Part shown: positions 12,902 to 23,029 of the stretch, piece after piece
Numbering within the stretch: position 1 is the first letter of the stretch
Layout: every line of letters starts with the position of its first letter
Source of the DNA: Chiloscyllium plagiosum
Lineage: Eukaryota
Direction: 5' to 3'
Length of the DNA: 56,766 bases
NCBI RefSeq assembly: GCF_004010195.1
Contig: NC_057719.1
Coordinates: 87,721,989-87,778,754, forward strand
Made by a program: the position numbers and the translations under genes
Notes under the pieces: model-generated
Seen by the model: the letters and a program-made list of their open reading frames with translations, nothing else
What the model was told of the DNA's origin: nothing
Databases searched by the model: none

Positions 12902-13047
12902 GCTGACTCTCTTAATAACTCCCTTAAGAAGGCATAATTGCCGACTATGATGTTTTCACGTATTTTTGGCACATAGTGTGTGTCTTGCCTCCCCGCTGGC
13001 CCCGCCGGTAAGCCCAGCAGTCCTGGCTGTTGGGCAACCAAACGACC
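12874..13047 (+). ncRNA. HDV-like self-cleaving ribozyme at the R2 5' end
   Basis: P1 GGCGGG(12874-79)/CCCGCC(13001-06); P3 GCC(12987-89)/GGC(12998-13000); L3 TCCCCGCT; GG(13007-08) for P1.1; P4 GCCCAGCAG(13012-20)/CTGTTGGGC(13027-35); J4/2 AACC; imperfect P2 GTCTT(12982-86)/AACGAC(13041-46). Confidence 0.82.
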
Positions 13048-13099
13048 AGAAAACGTACGAGACGGCCGTTGTCTAGACTGACCAGCTCTCAAAAAAACA

Positions 13100-16000
13100 G
13101 TATGAGTCTTCCATTTTCAATGGAGCAGTCCGGCTGGGAAGCATCCCGGAAAAACAACCTCCCCGCAGCCTCGTAAATCATTAGGTTGTACATGTTTAAC
13201 ACCCGCAACAAGGTCCATCTCGGTCCAGACCGAGACAGCGACCTTGAGATTTTACCTCCTACCTTACATGGAGCTGAGACCGGTCACCCCTCGCAGGGAG
13301 CCGGCTCACCCTGTAACGGATGACATAGATAACGTTGAAGAAGGCATCGTAAGGGTAGCCCACCTTGCGGTTGAAATAAGCATAACCACCCAAACCTTCT
13401 ACAACAAAAGTTATCGAGACATAAAGCAGGGCATAGACATGAAAAAGACAGCTGATGCAACTGCCTTCATGGAAGGAGGTGTTATCGAGCCAGTATGCGA
13501 CTGGACATCTGTCTCGGAGGTAATCATCCACTATCCCATCAATGGGTTGCTCTGCAAGGACTGCGACACCCTCTTCCCCACGGTGAGTCTGTTTAAGACC
13601 CACGTGAATAAAGTGCATGGAATAAAGAACATCTGAACAAAATGTTCACGCTGCGATAAGGCAGGAGAATACCGCTCAATAGCCTGCAATTATCCAACAT
13701 GCAAAGGAACGAAACAACCCTCAACTGGGGACTTTGCATGCAGCGCGTGTGACCAACGGTTTTCAACACAATCAGGCCTTGGTCAACACGAGAGGCACAG
13801 ACACACGGTTCTACGAAATGAGAAACGCCTCAAACCGGCACCCCAAGTCAAGGGCAAACCTGGGAGAAGCGACCGCGTATGGTCGCAGGGGGAGGTGGCA
13901 CTCCTGAGGGAATTAGAGGTGAGATTTGCAGGATGCAAATTTATAAACAAATCCATCGCTAGCATCCTGAAAACTAAAACACTAAAGCAAATCTCAGTCA
14001 AGCGCAGGCTCCTGGCCAACACCCCGACGGAGGTCAAGACCATCAGCGAGCCAACGACAGGTATAGACTCGCACAATTCTGAGGCAGAGAGCATCCAAGA
14101 AAATTCCGACGATCAAGTCCAATGCCAAAGAGCCAGCCGAAGAGCACCAGCTTCGATCCCTAAACATCGGGACATAGATGACCAGCTTACACAAGCTGAG
14201 GAGCTCTTGAGCACGAGGAATGACCTGGACACGCTTGCCCTCGGAATCGGACTGGTGGTTATATTACTGACCTACTAATGAATAGTAGGAAAAGACGGGA
14301 CAAACACAAGAGGCCCCAAAAAGATCGGGCCAAGAAAGACAAAAGGACCGTAGCAATACCAGAGCTTTACCAGCACGTAAAGCACTGTTTAGAGCAACAC
14401 AGCAGCTTTACAAATCCAACCGGCGTCAACTAGCTCGCGAGATCATGGGGGCGCCGATCTCATCTGCTTGTCCTCTCTCAAAAGAGGAATTGGAGACATG
14501 TTTCTGTGAGAAACTGTCAGCACCAAATAAGAAATCAAACATAAATAAGTATGCCCTATACACTGGCAAGGTTGATGACGGGTCCTTGATGGAACCCATA
14601 GAGGTAGAGGAGGTTGAAGCCGCCATCAAGGGGATAGATGAGAACAGTGCCGCTGGACCAGACGGCCTGAAACTGCAGGACATAAGAACAATCTATGAGC
14701 AGTCTACCCCGCCTCTTCTCCCTATGGCTAAAGTCAAGCACGATCCCCGATTCACTAAAAAAAGAGTTGAACGGTCCTGATTCCTAAGTGCGAGGATAAG
14801 GACCGCTTGAAAAGCATTGACAACTGGCGACCAATAACCATCGGTCCAATGCTGCTCCGGCTGTTCACAAAAATAATGGCCAAACGCCTGAGTGAAACAG
14901 TCGAAATAAACCCCAGGCAAAAGGGGTTCCGAGTAGCCACTCCGTAGCCAAGTAGCCGGATGCAATTAAAACATTGTTGTCCTCGAAAACATCATCAAGG
15001 GAGCAAAGTACAATCGTAAGGACCTCGCAGTTGTCTTTGTCGATCTAGCAAAAGTGTTCGACTTGGTTGGGCACAAGCTATTGATCAAATCCTTGCAAAC
15101 TACCCGAAGCCTTTGTAAGTCTCATCGAAGACCTATACACTGGCAACACAACAGTAGTGGAAGGGAATGGAAACTTAACCACCCCAATAACCATTGAGAG
15201 GGGCGTAAAGCAGGGCGACCCACTCTCACCAATATTATTTAACATTGCTTTGGATCCGTTGGTCTGCTCTCTGGAGAGGGCCAACTCAGGGGTCTCCATG
15301 CCCCTGGATGGCAGAAGAGTCAACTGCTCGACTTTGGCCTTCGCGGATGACATCGCCCTTCTAAGCAACTCACACACTGGTATGGCTAGGAATCTGAAGC
15401 TGCTCCAGGCGTACTGTGACCATACAGGCCTCAGTATTAACACAGCAAAGACGAAGGGATTCCACTTCACTTTTAAAAGGAAAACCTTCTTATAAAATCA
15501 CTTCGCATACTGGAAGCTGCGGGACGAATCAATAGCCTACATACCCCCAGGCGACACAGAAAAATACCTGGGTGCCCGTATCGATCCATGGGCAGGTGTG
15601 GCAGAAGGGGAGTGGGAGGAGAATCTTAATCTGGGTTGAAGGAATACAGGCAGCACCTCCCCGACCACGACAACGACTGGAGATCCTAAAGATACATGCC
15701 ATCCCCCGATTGTACTTCCATCTGATCCTGACAGAAGCATCACAGGCTACTCTCATAAAGCTGGACAAAATAATCTGCAACGCCACCATAGAATTCCTAC
15801 ACCTACCACCTTATACCGCAGACGGAGTGCTATACGCTAGCAACAGGAACGGCGGTCTAGGCATCCCAAAACTGGAAGTGCAAATCCCAACCGCGATTGT
15901 TCACAAACGCGAGGCACTAGACATGTCCAGTGATGTAGTCATTCGGGCCTCCTTTCAATATAAAGGAGAGAACAACACAAGACTGTTGCGGGACTGTGCG

Positions 16001-16859
16001 AGCTCAGGGTCCTCAAGGAAATTGAAAATTTCCAACCCAGTAGCCGCAGCAGCTGCGAAGGGGAAATCGACCCTATGACCGCCATCCAAGACATCATGCC
16101 TGCACTTCAGGAGGCCAACGTGGGGCGACCAAAACCACCCAGTAGGTATGCTGGCTGGAGGTTGTGGGAATTCGAAAAGTGGCAAAAGCTGGAATGTCAA
16201 GGGGCAGGCATCCAGTACTTTAGAGATGACAAGATCTCTAACTCTTGGACAAAAACCGGAGTACAGCAAAAATCCTCTAGATTCATAAACAACGTACTCT
16301 TCTGGTGTAATCTATACCTGACAAGAACCACATTATCTAGAGGAAGGCCAAACTGAAACAAACTATGCCGAAGGTGTGACTCGGCAAACGAGACCATATC
16401 ACACATCTCAGGATGCTGCCCATTCGTGAAAAATGCTCGAATAAAACGCTATAACAAGATCACTGACCAGTTGCAGAAACATGTCAGTAAGTACGGCTGG
16501 ACATCGTACGTGGAGCACAGGCTGTTTGCTCTCTATGGAAGCCCGATATCATATTTGGAAAAGACCAGAAGATCGCGGTTATAGATGTCACAGTGTGGTA
16601 CGAGAATGACAGTAAAGCACTAGAAATAGCATGGCAAAAAAAACAAGAGAAATATAAACATCTGAATGCCGAGGTCAAGGAATTGACGGGAGGCGTGGAC
16701 CCCAAATACTTTGGCTTTGTGATGGGCGCACGAGGCAAGTGGCTGGATATGAATAACCGCCTCATGAAATTCCTGGGCATCGAGAGATATGATACGTTCG
16801 CCCAAAGGACATCAAGACTCACTCTGTCTGAACTCTTACAATTCTTTAGTGACAAGTGA
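13100..16859 (+). pseudogene. R2 ORF, disrupted by several stops and frameshifts
   Basis: ZFs CKDC..H..VH (13553-13618), CSRC..CNYPTC, CSAC..HERHRH; Myb WSQGEVALLRELE..KTLKQI; RT NWRPITIGPMLLRLF, VDLAKVFD, GVKQGDPLSPILFN, AFADD, KYLG; knuckle CRRCDSANETISHISGCC; RLE KPDII..VIDVTVWYE..KQEKY; start position uncertain. Confidence 0.92.
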
Positions 16860-17138
16860 GCAAAAACCGTAAACGGTGAGATAAGATCCTCCACCGAGAC
16901 AAGGACCGGACGAACCCCACCAAAAAAATATAAAAATAAAAAAAAGGGGGCAAGCCGGTCCACAAAATCCTACAACATCAACAACATCAGTAGGTCCCCG
17001 CTAATAATGACGATAACAACCAGCCTCATATACCACCAGTATCACCTGGTCCTTGGTCTGTGGTGATGCTAGAGAGTACACAAACATCGACGAGCGATGT
17101 AAAGACTCAGAAAAGGCACTTCCCCAAGTGTTCCAAAA

Positions 17139-18445
17139 TAGAGCAGTGACCCTTAATTCGGTTGTGGGTAAAGTTTTGGAAAGGGTTATAAGTGATAGGA
17201 TCTAGAAAGGAGTAAGTTGATTAGAGATAGTCAATATGGTTTTGTAAAGGGTAGGTTGTGCCTCACAAACCTTATTGAGTTCTTTGAGAAGGTGACCATC
17301 AGGTGGATGAGGGTAAAGCAGTTGATGTGGTGTATATGGATTTTAGTAAGGCATTTGATAAGGTTCCCCAGAAAATACGGAGGCATGGGATTGAGGGTGA
17401 TTTAGGGGTCTGGATCAGACATTGGCTAGCTATAAGAAGACAGAGGCTGGTGGTTGATGGGAAATGTTCATCCTAGAGATCAGTTACTAATGGTGTACCG
17501 CAAGGATCTGTTTTGGAGCCACTGCTGTTTTTCATTTTTATAAATGACCTGGATGAGTGTGTAGAAGGTTGGGTTAGTAATTTGTGGATGAAACTAAAGT
17601 CAGTGGAGTTGTGGACAGTGCCGAAGGATGTTGTAGGTTACAGAGGGACATATATAAGCTGCAGAGCTGGGCTGAGAGGTGGCAAGTGGAGTTTAATGCG
17701 GAAAAGTGTGAGGTGATTCACTTTAGAAGGAATAACAGGAATGCAGAGTACTGGGCTAATGGTAAGATTCTTGGCAGTGTGAATAAGCAGAGAGATCTCG
17801 GTGTCCATGTACATGGATCCCTGAGAGTTGCCACCAGGTTGGTAGGGCTGTTAAGAAGATGAACAGTGTGTTAGCTTTTATTGGGAGAGGAATTGAGTTT
17901 CGGAGCCATGCGGTCATGTTGCAAAACTCTGGTGAGGCTGCACTTGGAGTATTGCTTACAGTTCTGGTCGCCACATCATAGGAAGGATGTGGAAACATTG
18001 GAAAGGATGCAGAGGAGATTTACCAGGATTTTGCCTGGTATGGAGGGACGGTCTTATGAGGAAAAGCTGGGGGTCTTGAGGCTGTTTTTGTTAGCGTGAA
18101 GAAGGTTCAAAGGTGACTTAATAGAGGCATACAAGATGATCAGAGGATTAGATAGGGTGGACAGTGAAAGCCTTTTTCCTTGGATGGTGATGGCTAGCAC
18201 GAGGGGAGATAGCTTTAAATTGAGGGGTGATAGATATAGGACAGACGTCAGAGGTAGTTTCTTTACTCAGAGAGTAGTAAGGGCATGGAACAGTAATGCA
18301 CTCTCCAATATTAAGGACATTTAAATGGTCATTGGATAAACGTATGGACGAGAATGGAATAGTTTAGCTTTGGTGGGCTTTAGACTGGTTTCACAGGTCG
18401 GCACAACATCGAGGGCCGAAGGGCCTGTACTGCAGTGTAATGTTC
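17139..18445 (+). mobile_element. CR1 LINE ORF2 RT and 3' end (continuation after R2)
   Basis: Resumes at the YRPVSL-coding position; SQYGFVKGR.CLTNLIEFFE, LEYC.QFWSP, typical CR1 3' tail. Confidence 0.9.
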
Positions 18446-18446
18446 T

Positions 18447-18915
18447 AAGTTTTGGGCCCCTTATAAAAGGAAAGATATAGTGGCATTGGAGGTAGCCCAG
18501 AGAAGGTCCATTCGGTTGATCCCGGGTATGGAGGGGGTGTCTTAAGAGGAGAGGATGAGTAGGTTGGGCCTGTTTTCATTGGGAGCTTAGAAGAATGAGA
18601 GATGACTTTAATGAAATGTACAAGATTCTTGGGACACTTGACAGGGAAGATGTGGAAAAGTTGTTTCCCCTTGTGGGAGAGTATTGGACCAAACGGCATC
18701 ATCTCAGAACAAAGCATTGTCCATCTAAGGCAGAGATGAGGAGGAATGTCTTCTCTCAGAGGGGAGTGAATCTGTGCAATTCGTTTACCGCAGAGGGTTA
18801 TTGAGGCCGGGTCATTAAGCATGGTGAAGGCTGAGATAGACAGATTTTTAATTAGTAAGAAGGAATCGAAGGTATTGGAGAAAAGGCAGGAAAGTGGAGT
18901 TGAGGATCAGCCACA
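18447..18915 (+). mobile_element. CR1 LINE 3' fragment (second subfamily)
   Basis: YKILGTLDREDVEKLFPLVGE..FSQRGVNLCNS. Confidence 0.82.
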
Positions 18916-18985
18916 ATCTGTCTGCATTCCAGTCTGATTATCACCCCCACTAACAGTTTGGAACAGGACAGTCAAATTTACTTAC

Positions 18986-19068
18986 GAGTCAACATGGTTC
19001 TCAAAGGACAGTATAACTGGGTACTGGGACGTTTTGAAAGCACTTTCTGCGATAGCTTCAATCACATC
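18986..19068 (-). CDS. PLCB2: PLC beta 2, exon 12 equivalent (X domain)
   Basis: 83 bp, CAG|...|GTAAGT; DVIEAIAESAFKTSQYPVILSFENHVD(S); not in the ORF track, translated manually. Confidence 0.95.
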
Positions 19069-19204
19069 CTGTTACAGAAAACATCGACAGAATGTTCATT
19101 TACTGTGCACTCACACAAATGTTGCTGTTACAAAAACTAGTGTTAGTGTCCCAAATGAGTGTTACCAGTAAACAAACTAGTTATAACCGAACACAAACCA
19201 ATGT

Positions 19205-19500
19205 TAACAATAGCAGAAAGTGCTGGAAAAACTCAGTCAATCATCCTTCTTCAGAACTAGATAGTAGCGAGGAAAATCTGGTATCTATGTTAAAGGCAGG
19301 AGGGTAAAGGAGGAAACAGTAGGCGGAGATGGAGCCCAGAGGGAGAGAAAGACAGATAAATGGATGACCAAGGGGACAGATAAACTGGTAACGGGGCCCA
19401 TAAATAGGTGAAAATGGGTTGGCTGTGCTGAAAGCAGCCCATGTCATGACAGAGTCTGGACTGTGGGGGGTGGGTAAAGGTTCTAAAATTATTGAACTCT
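19205..19500 (-). mobile_element. Penelope-like terminal fragment (related family)
   Basis: GCAGAAAGTGCTGGAAAAACTCAG start followed by a purine-rich arm like the other PLE termini; related short copies at about 27925-28055 and 35390-35615. Confidence 0.55.
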
Positions 19501-19714
19501 ATATTGAATCCAGAAGGTCCCTGACAGAAACATTGACCAGGGAACATGGTGGTGTGTTGAAGTGTCATTTTTATGGAGACATAGACATTCCACAAAGTGG
19601 TCCCCTGGTTTACACTTCATCTCTGCAGTGGAGAGGAGACTGCATTGTGAGCAGCAAACTGCAGTGTAAAATGTATACAAAGTAGAGATGGTATCTACAA
19701 ACTAGTGTTAGCAT

Positions 19715-20045
19715 AAGTATGGAAGTTAGCTTGCTGAGCTTGAAGGTTTGTTTTCAGACTTTTTGTCACTAGGTAACATCATCAGTTAGAGTTTCCAGGG
19801 AAGCGCTGGTGATATGTCCCCTTCTCTATTTAAATATCTTGGTTTCTTAAGGTGGGTGATGTCATTTCTGTTTTTTTTCAAGGGAAGGTAGATATGATCT
19901 AAATCGATGTTTTTGTTGATGGAGAGTACTGGTTAAAATGCCATACCTCTAAGAATTCTCATGTTTGTCTTTTTTTGCCTGTCCTAGGATGTGTGTGTTG
20001 TCCCAGTCTAAGTGATGTCCTTTTTTGTCTGCATGTATAGAAACT
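19715..20045 (-). mobile_element. Penelope/Poseidon-type 3' fragment
   Basis: Minus strand encodes DWDNTHILGQAK..EFLE.WH-like endonuclease C-terminus; degenerate CTGATGA hammerhead core near 19770-19787. Confidence 0.6.
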
Positions 20046-20059
20046 AATATAGAAACTAA

Positions 20060-20757
20060 GGTCCCTTTTATATCTTTCTCCTCTCACCCTGAACCTATGC
20101 CCTCTAGTTCTGGACTTCCCCCACCCCAGGGAAAATACTTTGTCTATTTATCATATCCATGCCCCTCATGATCTTATAAACCTCAGCCTCCAATGCACCA
20201 GGGAAAAAGGTCCCAGCCTGTTCACCAGCTCAAATCTTCCAACCCTGGCAATGTCATTGTAAATCTTTTCTGATCCATTTCAAGTTTCACAACGCCCTTC
20301 CAATAGTATTCCAAAAGTGGCCTGACCAATGCCCTGTACAGCTGCAAAATGACCTCCCAACTCCTGTACTCAATACTCTGACCAATAAAGAAAAGCATAC
20401 CAAACACCTTCTTCACTATCCTATCTACCTGTGAATCCACTTTCAAGGAGCTATGAACTTGCACTCCAAGGTCTCTTTGTTCAGCTGCACTCCCTAGGAC
20501 CTTACCATTAAGTGTATACATCCTGCTCTGATTTGTTTTTCTAAAATGCCACACCTCGCATTTATCTAAATTAAACTCCAACTGCCACTCCTCAGCCCAT
20601 TGGCCCACCTGATCAAGATCCTGCTGTAATCTGATGTAACCTTCATTCTTGTTCACTACACCTCCAATTTTGGTGTCATCTGCAAACTTACTAACTATAC
20701 CTTCTATATTCACATCCAAGGCATTTATGTAAATGACAAAAAGTAATGGACCCAACT
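20060..20757 (-). mobile_element. CR1 LINE RT fragment
   Basis: GPLLFVIYIN..SKFADDTKIGG..WQLEFNLDKC. Confidence 0.9.
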
Positions 20758-20829
20758 AATGCTCATGTCAATAATACTGTGTTGGCATCACACAGACTAG
20801 TGTTTGTGCCCACATACTGGTGTTTTTTT

Positions 20830-21750
20830 TATTCATATAAGGAAAGTGGCAACACCAGCTGGACCATCACCTAGCTGCCCTTGAGAAGTTAGGGGTTAGC
20901 TACCTTATTGAACAGCTGCAGTCCATGTGCTGTGGGTTGACCCAAATTGATCTTAGGGAGGGAATTCAGAACTTTGACCCAGTGAAAGTTCAAGAACCGT
21001 GATATTTTCCAAGTCAAGATGGTGAGTGGTTTGGAGGTGGTATCTGCTGCCTTCGTCCTTCTAGATGGAAGTGATCTTGGGTTTGGAAGATGCTGACTCA
21101 GGATTTTTGGTGAATTTCTTCAGTGCATCTTGTAAGATGCTGCTACTGAGCATTAGTGGTGGAGGGAGTGGATGTGGTGCCAATCGTGTGGGCTGTTTTG
21201 GCGTCAAGCTTCTTGAGTGTTGTTGGAGCTGCACTCATCCAGGCAAGTGTGGAGTACTCTATTACACTCCCAACTTGTGCCTTGTAGATGGTGCTTAGGC
21301 TCTGGGGAGTCTGGAGGTGAGTTACTTGCTGCAGTATTCCTAACCTCTGACCCGCCCTTGTAGCCACTTGTTTATTGTGTGAGTCCAGTGAGTTTTCTGG
21401 TCAATGGTAACACCCAGGATGTTAATAGTGGGGGATTCAGTGGTGTAACACTATAGAATGTCAAGTGGTGGTGGATTATCATTAATTGGGGATTCTCATT
21501 ATCGGCATTTATGTGGCGCGAATGTTACTTGCCAGTTGTCAGCCCAAGCCTGGATTTTGTCCAGATCTTGTTGTATTTGAACATAGACTGCTTCAGTATC
21601 TGAGGAATTGTGAATGGTGTTGAACATTGTGCAATTATTGGTGAACATTCCAACTTCTGACCTTATGATGGAGGGAAGGTCATTGATAAAGCAGCTGAAG
21701 ATGGATGGCCTAGGACACTATTTTGAGGAACCTCTGATGAGATGTCTGAT
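20830..21750 (-). mobile_element. L2/CR1-group LINE 3' fragment
   Basis: RAGQRLGILQQVTHLQTPQSLSTIYKAQVGSVIEYSTLAWMSAAPTTLKKLD. Confidence 0.8.
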
Positions 21751-21789
21751 CACAGGATTTGAGGTTGTATGGAACATTAGTGAGGCCTG

Positions 21790-22272
21790 TTCTAGTTACT
21801 AGTTATAGGAAGGATATTATTAAGCTGGAGAGGGTTCAGAAGAGATTTGCCAGGATGTTGTGGGGTATGGAAGGTTTGAAAGAAAGGCTTGGATAGGCTG
21901 GGACTTTTTTCACTGGAGCATAGGAAGTTGAGAGGTGACTTTATAGAAGTTTCTAAAATAATGAGGGCTTTAGTAGAGTTAATGATCGTTGTCATTTCTC
22001 TAGGATTGGAGATTTTCAGACGAGGGGCACATTTTTAAGGTGAGAGGAGAGAGATTTCAAAAAGACAAGAGGGGCAAAGTGTATGGAATGAACTTCCTGA
22101 GGATTTGGGCACAACTATTACATTTAAAAGACATTTGTATAGGTACATGAATAGGAAAGGTTTGGAGTGATATGTCCCAAGCACAGGCAGGTGGTACTAG
22201 TTTAGTTTGGGAACATGATCAGCATGGACTGGTCGGACCGAAGGATCTGTTTCCGTGCTGTATAACTCTATG
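21790..22272 (+). mobile_element. CR1 LINE 3' fragment
   Basis: AGGAAGGATATTATTAAGCTGGAGAGGGTTCAG..; close relative on the minus strand at 25910-26392. Confidence 0.82.
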
Positions 22273-23029
22273 TCCTGGAGTGGAAATGACTGATCTCTAA
22301 TTAACACAACTATCTTCCTCGGTTGTGACTCCAACCAGTGGGTGCCCCCGATACCCACTGATTCCAGTTTTACTGGGGCTTCTTGATGCCACACTTGGTC
22401 GAATGCAGTCATAATGTCAAGGGCTGTCACTCTCACCTCACCTCTGGAATGCAGCTCTTTTGACCATCTTTGAACCAAGGCTGGAATGAGGTCAGAAGCT
22501 GAGTGGCTCTGGTGGAACCCAAACTGGGCGTCACTGAGCAGGTTATTGCTGAGTGGCTGCTGCTGGATAGCACTGTTATTGCCACTTTACCGATGCCACA
22601 CAAATTATTGTCAGAGCCCAGAAACTAGTGTTAATCACACACAAATGAATGCATCTGCACCCATGGATACAACTCCAGGGGTTATCTTGTGCATCTGTGT
22701 GAATGTATCTCTTTACTTATTTGTGATCCAGACCGAAGGAGTAAGTGCCTGTGTCAGCCCATACACATCCATGTGTGCTCATACATGATGATGCACTCAG
22801 TTGTTGGAACTATTGTCAAGTAAATACCAATGTTACTATAGTAACTTACATCAGAATAAAACCAGCTCGCAATCATCGATGCTGTACTCAATCATCGAGG
22901 ACACTAACAAGAGAGGCCTCTTATTATGGTTCTAAGAATATTGATCTTGTGGTTAAGTGATGAAACCAATTACTGGGTTACTGACTGAATGCTTTGGAAT
23001 GTGATCAGGTAGATCGAGTACTCTGGGAT

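Larger units (their letters stand above)
12874..17138 (+). mobile_element. Full-length, decayed R2 non-LTR retrotransposon (R2-A-type), inserted outside rDNA
   Basis: Starts with the 28S target-upstream sequence GGCGGGAGTAACTATGACTCTCTTAAGG; encodes 3 zinc fingers, Myb, RT, CCHC knuckle and RLE endonuclease; ends ...CCAAAA; CR1 sequence resumes at about 17139. Confidence 0.95.
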
